From Candidatus Methanomethylicia archaeon (GTDB taxonomy: Archaea > Thermoproteota > Methanomethylicia > CALHIW01), in the NCBI GenBank assembly GCA_938030905.1, contig CALHIW010000001.1:1-44811 (forward strand): a stretch of 44,811 bases of DNA, written 5' to 3'. Both the position numbers and the translations under genes were made by a program. Below, piece by piece: positions 21,188 to 32,154 of the stretch (positions are counted from its first letter, which is position 1; each line of letters opens with the position of its first letter). The notes beneath the pieces are model-generated. The model was not told where the DNA came from. It searched no databases and saw only the letters and a list, made by a program, of their open reading frames with translations.

Positions 21188-21757
21188 CTATGCTTTATCT
21201 CTTGGTTTAGCTATAATCTCCCTAATAATCATATCGAATATTCTTGTTGAGTTTGCTGGTTTAATAACTATAGCCGTATCAGCTCCTTTACTAGTTCCAG
21301 CTATACTTATTACATCTCTATCTACTGGTATCAAGCCAGCATCAGCAGCCATTGCTGTAATTTCAACGGCAACTTTTATACCTCACAGAAAAGCCTTAAG
21401 GTCTGCGCCATTATTTCTATCGGATATGCTGTGTTAAACTTACTCCTTATAGCTCTTTAAACATTTGTAAAGACATGTGTTCCAGTAAATATTTTACCAC
21501 CATTCGCCTCTATTACTCTACGATTTTCCTCACTTAACTCCTGCCTTCCCGGCTCTCTAAAGCCAGTATGATGAGTCACAACAATTAAATTCCTTAAAAA
21601 TCTTCGAAGCCTTAACGCCAGTTTCACCCCTAACAGATGCAACAACAATATCTCTTATCCCCAGCTCCTCCTCAGCCCTCCTCCTTGCTAGAGCTAAAAC
21701 AGTCTCAGTATTATCTTCACCCGGGCTACTAAAATAAACTATAGTCTTCTCAATCAT
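21188..21757 (-). pseudogene. Pyruvate kinase alpha/beta (PK_C)-domain protein, MTH1675-like, frameshifted
   Basis: IVYF..PG..NT, IVVASVRGETG | VVTHHTGF.EPG | in-frame stop | [18 protein letters not shown] and [16 protein letters not shown]....[11 protein letters not shown], spread over shifted frames. Confidence 0.8.
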
Positions 21758-22876
21758 ACTCACAGAATCACACCAATTTACAATTACAAACATTTATTAA
21801 AATCTTTCATACACATTCACCACCTCAGCTTTAGATGTTTATATCGTTTTCCACATCTCTCATGAGGATTTTATTTTATCTATGTCTTAATCATTTTACA
21901 TGGTACTTACTGTTGGTGATTTATATGTTTGTTGATTGTGGTATGCTGTATTATTCTTTTGTTTGTTTTGATGCTTCTATGTTTATTGTTGATTGATTAT
22001 GCTTCATATAAGTGTTTATTGCTTTCCAATTTATATTTATCAACTTAATATTTTGTTTGCATATAGCATTTAGTATAACATTTAATGCTAGACTTCTAGA
22101 ATCTTGTAGATATAAGATGTCAAATTTTACGTTAAATATGTATTATACTATTCTATACCTCAAATATAATCTATATAGTAAGTGATTATAGCTACTCATC
22201 AAAATATCAGCATAATAATAAGTAATGTACTACCAAATTCATGAATCCATCCAATACTCATACCCTACCCCCAAGAGCTACACCTAAAGTAGGTTAATCC
22301 TACAAATATGAATAATACTCTTACTCCTACGAAGAAACCATAATTACTAATCATACCAATCCAATATAGAGTAAGAACATTACTTACTTAAACTTCTAAA
22401 GTTGCCGGGCATCCAAACTACTTACAAGTTAGCTTAAGCCTCAATGGGGTGTAAATCATCTAGTATAAGAATTTAGCAAGACTATATTTATTACTGAAGG
22501 ACCCCAGTTAAACCGTAAATACTATCCTGTACTTTAAGTTATCTTGATTATTCACTAAGCCTCCAACTACTTTAGGTAATTGGATGTTTATATAGGGGAT
22601 TCTTACTCAGCTTCGCAGCTCTCTCCTCCACAATTCTAATATCTCCTAAACTCTAAAGCCCTAACTCCTGAATATAAAATGTACTGCTAAACTACTATAG
22701 AATAAATATTTTCTCATGAAATACGGTTGTAGACATAAAGCAAATATTCCTAAAGTAATGAAACCGTAATATTGGCTCTGTGAACTTGTATGAAACATAT
22801 ACGTGGTTAATGATTAGGTTCACAATACGTAAATTAAATATATATATTTGGTACTCTACAATTATTGGGAGTAAAA

Positions 22877-23101
22877 ATGGTTATTGCCTGTATCTTGGTT
22901 TGCTGTGAAGCTGGCAAATTTAAGGAAGTTATTGAGGAAGTGAGGAAGATTACTGGTGTTAAAAGGGTATTTGGTGTTCATGGGCGTTGGGATGTAGTTG
23001 TAGAACTAGAAGCTTTGGATCTTAAAGCATTAGGTGAAACTGTATTAAAGCTTCATGGATTACTGGGGGTTAGAGCTACAGAAACCCTTATAGGTTTCTG
23101 A
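22877..23101 (+). CDS. Stand-alone Lrp/AsnC ligand-binding (RAM) domain protein
   Basis: A.ILV, V.G.WDVVV and GV..TETLI pattern; no HTH; ATG at 22877. Confidence 0.85.
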   Translation: MVIACILVCCEAGKFKEVIEEVRKITGVKRVFGVHGRWDVVVELEALDLKALGETVLKLHGLLGVRATETLIGF

Positions 23102-23110
23102 GGTGAGGGT

Positions 23111-23335
23111 ATGCAAGCCTGTATTCTAATTAGAGTTTTTCCTGGGAAGGGAATTGAGGTTCTAGAGGCTGTAAGGAAGCTTTTAGAAGTTAAAGATGCT
23201 TACCTTGTATTTGGTAGATATGATATAGTTGTTTTTGCTGAAGCTCCAACCTTTGAAGCTTTAAGTGCTCTAATAGTTAAAATAAATGCAACTTCAGGAG
23301 TTAAAAGTACGGAATCTCTTATAGAAGTTAAGTAA
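23111..23335 (+). CDS. Stand-alone Lrp/AsnC ligand-binding (RAM) domain protein
   Basis: ACILI...PG, VFGRYDIVV and GVKSTESLI; SD GAGGTGA upstream. Confidence 0.85.
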   Translation: MQACILIRVFPGKGIEVLEAVRKLLEVKDAYLVFGRYDIVVFAEAPTFEALSALIVKINATSGVKSTESLIEVK

Positions 23336-25129
23336 TCTAACTTAACCAATAACTCTTTTTTCATAGCATTAGTTTATAGCTATTACTAGCTGGCTGAACT
23401 TATTTTTATTATGATATTCTACGACAAATGCATAGTGAGCAGATATACTCTCCACATCAGTAAAGAAAATATTGCTTAACATCGTATACTAAGAGATTTT
23501 TAAAATACTTAAGCTAATTCTCTTTGTTTTTATGTCTGATGTGTATTCTATGCCATGATGAGATCAATTATGCCATTGGTTAATGAGTGGAATGTGAGGC
23601 TCTTTAGTAAATCATCCTACCAAAACTCATTGAGAAAGTTAGAAACCTTAAAAAGAAGATTTAGAGCCTAGAGAAAAACATATAACCACTCTACTAAGAG
23701 ACGAGTGTAAGTAGTATACATGCTCTATAATTATTTAAAAGCTAGATTTAAGCTACTTCCTCTAGTAGTTTACATAAGTTCTGCCATGGCTTAATTATGA
23801 TATTTTGCTAAGCTATACAGGCTCTACTAAGTCATAAACTTTAAATCCTACAATAAGCTTTAACTGAATCCATAAACTAAGCAATAGAAACCATTCTCTA
23901 AATCATATTAGAATATTTTATACTCAGCTCCCTTGTAGACCACTTCATGAAGCTTCCTCCGCTAGATATCATATTCATCTTGAAGATATTCCAAGCATGC
24001 TTTAACCATTTATTAGGTTCCAACTTGAATTTACAAGTTCATCCAGTAGTAAGTTGCTTAATTCATAAACTCCACCAGTAAATCTTGAGTGAGAGTAATA
24101 AATCCCTAATAAGCTCTCGGTAAACATCCTCTCCTTGCTGTTGACAACCTTAGTGCTCTAATATAAAGCTAAATCTTGCAGTATATCTAGTGACTTCTTA
24201 TCTTCATCAAGCCTGTTTACATCATTACCTAGAATTACAGTAACTTCATAGTCTTTAAATCTAGCATACATAAAGGAATCTATCTAAGCTACTCTTCCGC
24301 TTTGGTTATGAAATACAGCTCTAGTTTAATATTCTAGTAATAGTTCATCTATGCGCTACAACCACCCCCTCTAAACTCTGAAATTTCTAAATACTAACAA
24401 ATATAGATGAGAATAGTTCAATTCCCTTTTTGAGCGGTTCTTGAGTAATGAGTTGTTTAAATAAGGAATAGCTAAAATCTGATAGTTTAAGAGCTTTCCT
24501 ACAAAACACTCTGATGAGGTGTACTCATTGAAAAGTTTACAACTCTCAAACAGGCACCTCCTTGGTAGTTAAGCATCTTAAAATAGCTCTGATAATGCAT
24601 AGAAACGTTTCCCCAGTAGAATCCTCACTCTATCTGATTTGGCTAAGCCCCCAGGAATTACCGCTGGATATAATCTTTTTTATACCATATATTACGTACC
24701 TTTTAAAAGAGCTGGTGAGCAATCATATTTAGGAAGTCAACTTATAGGGGACTTTAGGCAGAAATCTCACTGTGTATCCTTAATTCCATCCATCTTATCT
24801 ATACCTACTTACCTCTTTAGTCATTTACGAATTCACTATTTTCTCCATCTCGGAGAAAATAGAATTCTGAAGATAATAGGAGGATTACCAGGTTTTAAAC
24901 TCTAGATTATTTTGATGTACTTACCTAAGGGGATAGAGGCAAAGCTCTTATTATTCACAGTTAGAAGAGTATAAACTCAAATTCATAGGAGCAGCATTAA
25001 GAAGGAGGCTAGTCATTAAAATAATCCTCTCAGTACCATCAGCATTCAATATAACCAATCAGTAAAGGATTGAGGGAACTAGGTTAAAGTATATAAATAT
25101 GATGTAGTGAAGTATACTATGTATTTATT

Positions 25130-26440
25130 ATGAAGTCTAGAGAGAGACTTTTAACCGCGTTAAGGCATGAGGAGGCGGATAGAGTTCCAATAGATTTAGG
25201 GTCTACTGATGTTACTGGAGTAAACTGTTTAGTGTATAGAGAGCTTAGGAGATTTTTTAGTTTACCTAGTAAGCCTATTAGACCCCTGATTACTGGTGGT
25301 TCAGATCCATCGCTTTTCACGTTTTATAATATGGTTGCTGAGGTGGAGAAGGAAATTTTGGATACACTACATATTGATGTTATCTCAATTAATAGAACTT
25401 TAGAACCTACATTAGATGTTAAAAAACTCTCTAAAGCATTTATTAATAATAAGTGGCAAATTACAGAAGTAAAGTTTAAACAATGGTATTGGGGGGAGTG
25501 GGACTTAACTATAGAGATACCGGACTATATAGATATAGTTGAAAATGGAGACCGCTATATAGCTAAGCTAGGGGGCCGGGAGCATGCTGTGGCTCCTAGA
25601 AAAAGCTTCTACTTTGATTCAAGACGTTTCAGTACACCTCTAAAAAATGTTAAAGATATTGCTGAGGTTAAAGACTTTAACTGGGATTCTTATAAGATTT
25701 CAGATTTAGTTCTTGAGGATCTTAGAAGAAGAGCTGAACACCTATATAAAAACACAGATTATGGACTAGTATACTTTAGATTGGGGAGTATACATGCTTG
25801 GCCGCAGGATTTAAGAGGCTGGACTCAGTGGTTATCTGATTTAAGGTTAAGAAGAGCTCTAGCTGAAGCTATATTAGATCAAGTTATGGATGTCGTTATG
25901 TATAATACTAGGAGAATTGTTGATGCCGTAGGACACTATGTACAGGTAATAGGCTTAGCTGATGATCTTGGAACTGAGGAAAGCCCTCAAATATCAGTTC
26001 AAATATTTAATGATATTTATAAGCATAGATATGAAACGATCTTTACATATATAAAGAGATACAGTAAATCATATACGTTTCTTCATAGTGATGGAGCTAT
26101 ATATCCATATATTAAGGAACTTATTGATGTAGGACTAGATATATTGAACCCCATCCAGATATCTGCTAAGGGTATGGATCCTGAAAAGCTCAAGAAGGAG
26201 TTTGGAGAGCAATTAACGTTTTGGGGTGGTAGCGCAAATACACAGCACATACTACCATTTGTAGAACCAGAAGGAGTTATAGAACATGTTAGGAAGCTCA
26301 TAGAAATATTTGCTCCTGGAGGAGGATATGTGTTTGCCCCCATACATAACATTCAGCCAAATACACCATTGGAGAATATAGTGGCGATGTTTAAGACAGC
26401 ATATAACCATGGGAAATACCCAATAAAACAGATAGGTTGA
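25130..26440 (+). CDS. Uroporphyrinogen decarboxylase-family (MtaA/CmuA-like) methyltransferase candidate
   Basis: SRERLL.AL.HEE.DRVPIDLG, DDLGT, HSDG, LNPIQ.SA.GMDP..LK.EFG..LTFWGG and GGGYVF.PIHNIQ. Confidence 0.85.
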   Translation: MKSRERLLTALRHEEADRVPIDLGSTDVTGVNCLVYRELRRFFSLPSKPIRPLITGGSDPSLFTFYNMVAEVEKEILDTLHIDVISINRTLEPTLDVKKLSKAFINNKWQITEVKFKQWYWGEWDLTIEIPDYIDIVENGDRYIAKLGGREHAVAPRKSFYFDSRRFSTPLKNVKDIAEVKDFNWDSYKISDLVLEDLRRRAEHLYKNTDYGLVYFRLGSIHAWPQDLRGWTQWLSDLRLRRALAEAILDQVMDVVMYNTRRIVDAVGHYVQVIGLADDLGTEESPQISVQIFNDIYKHRYETIFTYIKRYSKSYTFLHSDGAIYPYIKELIDVGLDILNPIQISAKGMDPEKLKKEFGEQLTFWGGSANTQHILPFVEPEGVIEHVRKLIEIFAPGGGYVFAPIHNIQPNTPLENIVAMFKTAYNHGKYPIKQIG

Positions 26441-26452
26441 TTTGAGTTATAT

Positions 26453-27088
26453 ATGAATCTTTTAAATCTTATAAGAGATTCCCTAGCTAGTCTTGATATG
26501 GATTCAACTCTAAAACATGTTAGTGAAGCTTTAAAACACAGTATTTCAATTATGGATATTGTTAATAGCTTGTCTGAGGGTATGAGGCTTATTGGTAAAA
26601 AATATGAGAATGGTGAGTATTTTATCGCTGAACTTACCGTAGCTGTAGAGATATTTAATGAAGCTATGAATATTTTAAAGCCAAAGATTTTAGGGGGGAG
26701 GGAGATGAAGCATATTGGGAAAGTTATTATAGGAACTGTTGAGGGTGATCTTCATGATGTGGGGAAGAATCTTGTTAAAACTGTACTGGAGGTAAATGGC
26801 TTTAAAGTTGTAGATTTAGGAGTAGATGTATCACCAGAAAGATTCGTGGAGGCAGTGAAACAATACAAGCCGGATATTGTTGGTATAAGTACTCTACTAA
26901 CATCAACAATGATAAATATAGAGAGAATAATAAAGGCGTTAGAGAGTAATGGCTTAAGAGATGAAATTAAGATTATTATTGGTGGAGCACCAGTAACACA
27001 GCAATTTACAGAGAGCATTGGAGCTGATGCTTATGGAGAAAACGCATTCAAAGCTGTTGAAATATGTAGGAAGCTGGTAGGGAAATAG
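26453..27088 (+). CDS. Cobalamin-binding corrinoid protein (MtaC/MttC-like)
   Basis: B12 cap domain; GTVEGDLHDVGKNLV (DxHxxG), DLGVDV, S.LLT and IGGAPV. Confidence 0.92.
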   Translation: MNLLNLIRDSLASLDMDSTLKHVSEALKHSISIMDIVNSLSEGMRLIGKKYENGEYFIAELTVAVEIFNEAMNILKPKILGGREMKHIGKVIIGTVEGDLHDVGKNLVKTVLEVNGFKVVDLGVDVSPERFVEAVKQYKPDIVGISTLLTSTMINIERIIKALESNGLRDEIKIIIGGAPVTQQFTESIGADAYGENAFKAVEICRKLVGK

Positions 27089-28193
27089 CTAAGTACTGTA
27101 AACCTCAAGAACTTTAATATTGTAAGCTATGAATTTCTAACATTCCTATTCTATATTAGGTATGGTATATTTAACATTCTCCTTATAGATTCTATTTCAT
27201 AATTGAATACTTTATGAATTGAGACATAGACTTGACAACATGGTAGTTTAAATGGATTTCTACATACATTATGCTGTTTAATATAGCTATCTATATAAAG
27301 GAAAATTTAATCAGTATACTTATGGTTAAAATGGTGCTATTTTATGGATTTCAATTTTGCTCTTACTAGATCTTTGTTAGTGGTTAGTTTATTATTGTTG
27401 TTAGCTTCTGTTTGGTGGTTAAACCCTCATCCAATCATATTAGGTGAAGAGTACTCATTCATATACGTTTAAGCTCGATTCAATTAATTTCTTAATCATC
27501 TTTTCAATTTTCTCAACAACTATGAATATAGTATCTTATTCCATGCAACATTCTCTATAATGCTTTTAATCTTCTACTTCTAGGTAGAAAGCCTAGAAGC
27601 TTAACTCTAAGTCATTACTTCTACTTTTCAATTCAGTCTTAACATAAACTCATCAACCTTAATAGGGTCATGTATTTTAAACTTCAATCAACTCTCTAAG
27701 TATCAATAATTCCTCCAGATACTCGATATGTAGCACAATTTATCCACTTCTGGAAGCTTAAGTACTAAGATATGTAGATATCCTAAAGATTAAGTAGAAC
27801 AATCTTTAGAAGTATTTCTTGATTGATTCTCTAGTTTCATTATTGAATGTTTAGGATACGACTTACAGCACTACTACGCTAAGTACCTCTACATTAACCC
27901 CCACCTAATAGCATTTGGGAACTATAATGAGAACACTAACATCATTAAATCATAAGCAAACTTAAGAGGGCAAGCAGCACAACCCTACTTAGAAGAGAAT
28001 AAGAAACCACATAAACTAAAATGAGTAAAGAAAATAAAACAACCAACAAAATACATAATAGGAGTATTAATCTAAATATATATGAATTAGTAGAAACCAT
28101 TACTAGAAGACTTAGAATTGAGATGTTAAGGTGGGTTACTATAAGCACTTGTAAATTAAATGTATTCCATATATTTTATATGGAATTCCATGT

Positions 28194-28952
28194 TTAAATA
28201 AGCTCTTCTGGAATACATTTAGGATTGTAGCTGACTCTAGGTTTTAAGCCTGCTTTTCTCAGTCTCTCCATAACGTGTGGATATTCAAAGACATATTCCT
28301 CCTCAAACTCTCTAACTAGTACTTCATCTATTTTTATCAGTTCTCTTTTTAGCTGCTTTATATTTTCCTCATTACTAAAGCTTAACATTACTGCTGGGTG
28401 GCATTTAACACCATAATTCAAAAGGTTTCTTAATGCATTAATCTGATAGTTAAAAGCTTCTGGGTATGCTTCTGTTAGTTTTGTGAATTCCTCTTCTGTA
28501 CATCCCTTTATGGAAACTCTAACATGAATATTTCTAAATCTAGATAGATCTTTAGCATAGGATTCATCATATCCTATAAGTATACCATTAGTTTCAAGAA
28601 TGAAGATATATCTATTATACTGATCGTTTAGCTCCAATACTCTCAATAAATGTTCTCTACCTATTGTCGGTTCATTACCACTAATTCTAATGTATCTATA
28701 ACCTTTCCTACTGGCGATTTGATCTAGCTTTAGGAATACTTCTTCTGGACTATAGAACTTACCTATTTTATCTGGATGGTCTCTAGGAGCTCCACTCCAA
28801 CAGAAAACACATCTAAGATTACATCCAACACAGTCAGCAGCTGCACATCCACCATACCATTTACCACCACGAGCAACACGATAATACTTCCTAAATAAGC
28901 CATTAACAGTTAAGTTCCTTATAGTACTAGACAACTTAATAGGATCATACAA
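28194..28952 (-). CDS. Radical SAM protein (COG5014-like)
   Basis: ADCVGCNLRCVFCW (CxxxCxxC), RISGNEPT, FILETNG and RVSIKG; TTG start. Confidence 0.88.
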   Translation of the reverse strand: MYDPIKLSSTIRNLTVNGLFRKYYRVARGGKWYGGCAAADCVGCNLRCVFCWSGAPRDHPDKIGKFYSPEEVFLKLDQIASRKGYRYIRISGNEPTIGREHLLRVLELNDQYNRYIFILETNGILIGYDESYAKDLSRFRNIHVRVSIKGCTEEEFTKLTEAYPEAFNYQINALRNLLNYGVKCHPAVMLSFSNEENIKQLKRELIKIDEVLVREFEEEYVFEYPHVMERLRKAGLKPRVSYNPKCIPEELI

Positions 28953-29121
28953 TCTACAACACCAACCACAATATATCTTGCAATTAAGTCCCTTTATTTC
29001 TTTCGCTTATGTAGCTATTAACTGTTAAAATGCATGGATAGAAGTGTAGAGTCTTATTTTAACATACCCTAATAATTTTATCTTAACTTCAAAATACTAT
29101 ATTTTCCTTCTAACTAAACTA

Positions 29122-30267
29122 CTATTTGAACAATGAAAACACTATAGTAATCAGTATTGTACTTAATACTGCCAGAACTATATATCTGTAAACAGTAGGT
29201 ATATCTGCTTCATAGTGGCTTGCAGATAATATAAGACATGAATGTCCTGGACTAAGCATAACCCCCATATAACCCCCCAGGAATGCCCATAGTAATCCTT
29301 TACCTGAAAGGAAGGGTAGGAGGGGGGGTAAAGCTAAAGCTACATATGTAAACTCTGCACCTGTAGCTAAACCAATTATGAAGGGAATGAGAAATAATGC
29401 AAGCCACCAAATTGGCTCTAGAATATTTGTTAAAGACTCCATTATGCCGCTTTCCCTAATATATTGACTAAATACTATGGATTCTATTACTAGAATAATA
29501 ATTGTCGGGTTTAATGCATATTTAACCGACTTTAAACAGCTTTTTGATGTAGGCTTATAAATGATTAATAGTATGGTTAAAATCATAATCAATGAGAGAA
29601 CCACACTTATCTTTAGGAGGATTACAAGTATGGAGATGAGTATAAATATCCATAAATGTGTTAGGCCTCTTAAATCATGTTTAATATTGTAGCCTCCTTT
29701 AAGTCTAAATGTAACCATCATTATTCCAGATATTACTGAGGCAAGAGCAGAAGGCCAAGTTACGGAAACAATTTCTATTGGTGTTTTATTAAGTATTCCT
29801 GAAGCTAATATTATACCCTGATATAGAGGCCATACAGGAGCCCATATGTGGCGGAACCAATAGTTAATGAAGACTTTTTCCTGAGGCTTTAACTCCATTT
29901 TATCATAGAGCGTCTTTGCCATAACAGCTGATACATAAGCTCCCCCAGGCATAGGAAGTAAACCTATTATTGCAGGTATAGCTATACCTGCAGATCTACA
30001 TCCAAATGTACTTAAACCCTCAACAATCCTATCAGTAACCCCCAGTTCTCCAAGTAAAGATGCAAGAAGCATAGCCAGTATGAGAGCAGATAAAACCTCA
30101 ATCATTGTAGGATTAAACGCCATAATTGTTATCCTAACTATATTTAAGCCTACAGCTACTACACCGTAGAATACTGTTCCAGCTCCTAGAGCAACAGCAA
30201 CATTTACACGTTTAAAAACTAGAATAACCACTACTAATATTGAAATCAACAGCATTACTTCCAACAT
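29122..30267 (-). CDS. DUF401 family membrane protein (TIGR00529-like)
   Basis: PAIIGLLPMPGGA.VSA, INYWFRHIW..VWPLY and GVMLSP.H.CLILS..Y. Confidence 0.85.
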   Translation of the reverse strand: MLEVMLLISILVVVILVFKRVNVAVALGAGTVFYGVVAVGLNIVRITIMAFNPTMIEVLSALILAMLLASLLGELGVTDRIVEGLSTFGCRSAGIAIPAIIGLLPMPGGAYVSAVMAKTLYDKMELKPQEKVFINYWFRHIWAPVWPLYQGIILASGILNKTPIEIVSVTWPSALASVISGIMMVTFRLKGGYNIKHDLRGLTHLWIFILISILVILLKISVVLSLIMILTILLIIYKPTSKSCLKSVKYALNPTIIILVIESIVFSQYIRESGIMESLTNILEPIWWLALFLIPFIIGLATGAEFTYVALALPPLLPFLSGKGLLWAFLGGYMGVMLSPGHSCLILSASHYEADIPTVYRYIVLAVLSTILITIVFSLFK

Positions 30268-30685
30268 AGTAGCTTTACCCAGTCCTAACTATATTTAAGC
30301 ATTACCACTAGATATTTCTACATTTTCCACGACTAAAGTTAGCCTCTTCCTAATCTCTACGTTTATAGATGTTCTCTACACTTCATCTACTCCATCATGG
30401 ACTATTTCAACCCTCCTGTTATCTCCCATTTCAACCTTCTAGCATAATTATCTACTTTCCTCTATAAGACTTAAACACCTTCAGCACGAGTCTATTTACT
30501 CTCTATCTTAAGCATCTCTAGACTTCAACATATTTTTCAATGTTATAGAATCTCTCTTATCATTGAGATGTAGTAGATATAAGTCCATAATGAACATATA
30601 TTTTAAATATTTTAATCTAAGCTTTTAGCTTAATATTATCTACTTACCTCTACATCTAATACAATCAAAGTAGCTCATACAAATA

Positions 30686-31903
30686 TTAGCGAATACCAAT
30701 TCTTTTCCCTGTTTTTACAAGTATTGAGCTGATAAGTGCAATTATATTGCTTATTAATAGGAATAAGTACATGAATCTATATGCCTGTACTGAATATATG
30801 CTCCCATGCTTAAAGCTATCTAATATGTATCCTGTTATGGGTTGATATAATGCCGCACCTACAAATGGAAACATATTATAGATTCCACTTATAGTACCAT
30901 AGATTCTTAGTGGATAGCTTTCTCTGATAATTGTAAAGCTGATAGGTATTGCACTAATAGATGCTCCTGTAAATACTGATATTAGGTAAAACTCAAATAT
31001 TGAGAGACTATCTGTTTTTAATGTTAGTAGAGTCCATGAAGTAATGTTTAAAATAGTTGCAGAAACTATAACTTTCTTTCTATCATGTAGGATTCTATCT
31101 GAAATCAATCCGAATAGGGGAGCACATATTAATCCACCAATAGGTGCTAGCATTACAATTCCACTTGCTGATGCCTTATCCAAGCCATAGATCTGCATAA
31201 TATACGGTATACCCCATATACCCTGATAAACCATAGCTGAACTATAGTTAAAAATCATCCAGGAATTAAGTAGGAGGAAGTTTTTATCCTTTATAACATG
31301 TTTTATATCCGTTAAATTCAATAGTGACTTCCCATTACTTCTCCTATTTCTTGCTGGTTTAGCTATAAGCAAACATGTAAGTGTTGGTATAATCATGATA
31401 ATAGCTACTAGTATAAGTGCCATCCTCCATCCAAGAAGTAAAACCATATATGTGAACGGTATGGCTGCAGCTATTGCTCCTAAGTAGCCACTTGAAGCTA
31501 AAACCCCACTTACACTTGCATAATCTCCCTCCCCAATCCATTCTGAAAATAGCTTTAATCCTGAAACCCAATGTGCACCAACACCTATACCGATTAGAGT
31601 TCTCCCTATCATTGCTACATAAATATTGGTAGATAATGCAAATACAACTACTCCTAGAATAGATACTGTAGAGAATAGAAGCATTGTTCTTCCAGGTCCT
31701 ATAGTGTCATTAAGCGTACCTATAGGTATCTGAATGAAGGCGTAGAAGTAAAAGTACATGGAGCTGAGAAGCCCTACAAGTGTAGCTGAAGCGAGAAAGT
31801 CATTTATTAAGTTATCAGCAATAACATTCATATTTACCCTATGAAAATGGCTAAAAAAATAAAGTGAGGCCGGAACAATTACTAATAATATCTTCCTTAC
31901 CAT
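30686..31903 (-). CDS. MFS transporter
   Basis: FHRV, YFY.YA..QIPIG.L.D..GP, GR.LIG.G, WGIPY and GLISDR; about 12 TMs. Confidence 0.9.
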   Translation of the reverse strand: MVRKILLVIVPASLYFFSHFHRVNMNVIADNLINDFLASATLVGLLSSMYFYFYAFIQIPIGTLNDTIGPGRTMLLFSTVSILGVVVFALSTNIYVAMIGRTLIGIGVGAHWVSGLKLFSEWIGEGDYASVSGVLASSGYLGAIAAAIPFTYMVLLLGWRMALILVAIIMIIPTLTCLLIAKPARNRRSNGKSLLNLTDIKHVIKDKNFLLLNSWMIFNYSSAMVYQGIWGIPYIMQIYGLDKASASGIVMLAPIGGLICAPLFGLISDRILHDRKKVIVSATILNITSWTLLTLKTDSLSIFEFYLISVFTGASISAIPISFTIIRESYPLRIYGTISGIYNMFPFVGAALYQPITGYILDSFKHGSIYSVQAYRFMYLFLLISNIIALISSILVKTGKRIGIR

Positions 31904-32154
31904 AATACTGGAACCAGCTTGGTGCTTATTTATACTTTACGTTAAGATTCATGAATACCGTCAAATTACTTTTATCGGCTTACTTCCCGCTACGTTATGT
32001 TTATGTAAAAGCTCCATTAATTAGCTGTAATATGAATTAAGCTACTACTCAACCTCTAAAGTTAATATTTCCTCCAACTCTACTGTAAATTTTATAATGT
32101 TGTTTAAATAAGCTACATACCCCATTTATAAAATCACTAATTTAAAGCCTTTAA

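Noticed and set aside
30300..30535. Possible acylphosphatase remnant (RRVEIV..G, VENVEI) on the minus strand
   Set aside because: Signature motif (VQGVGFR) not recoverable; similarity too weak.
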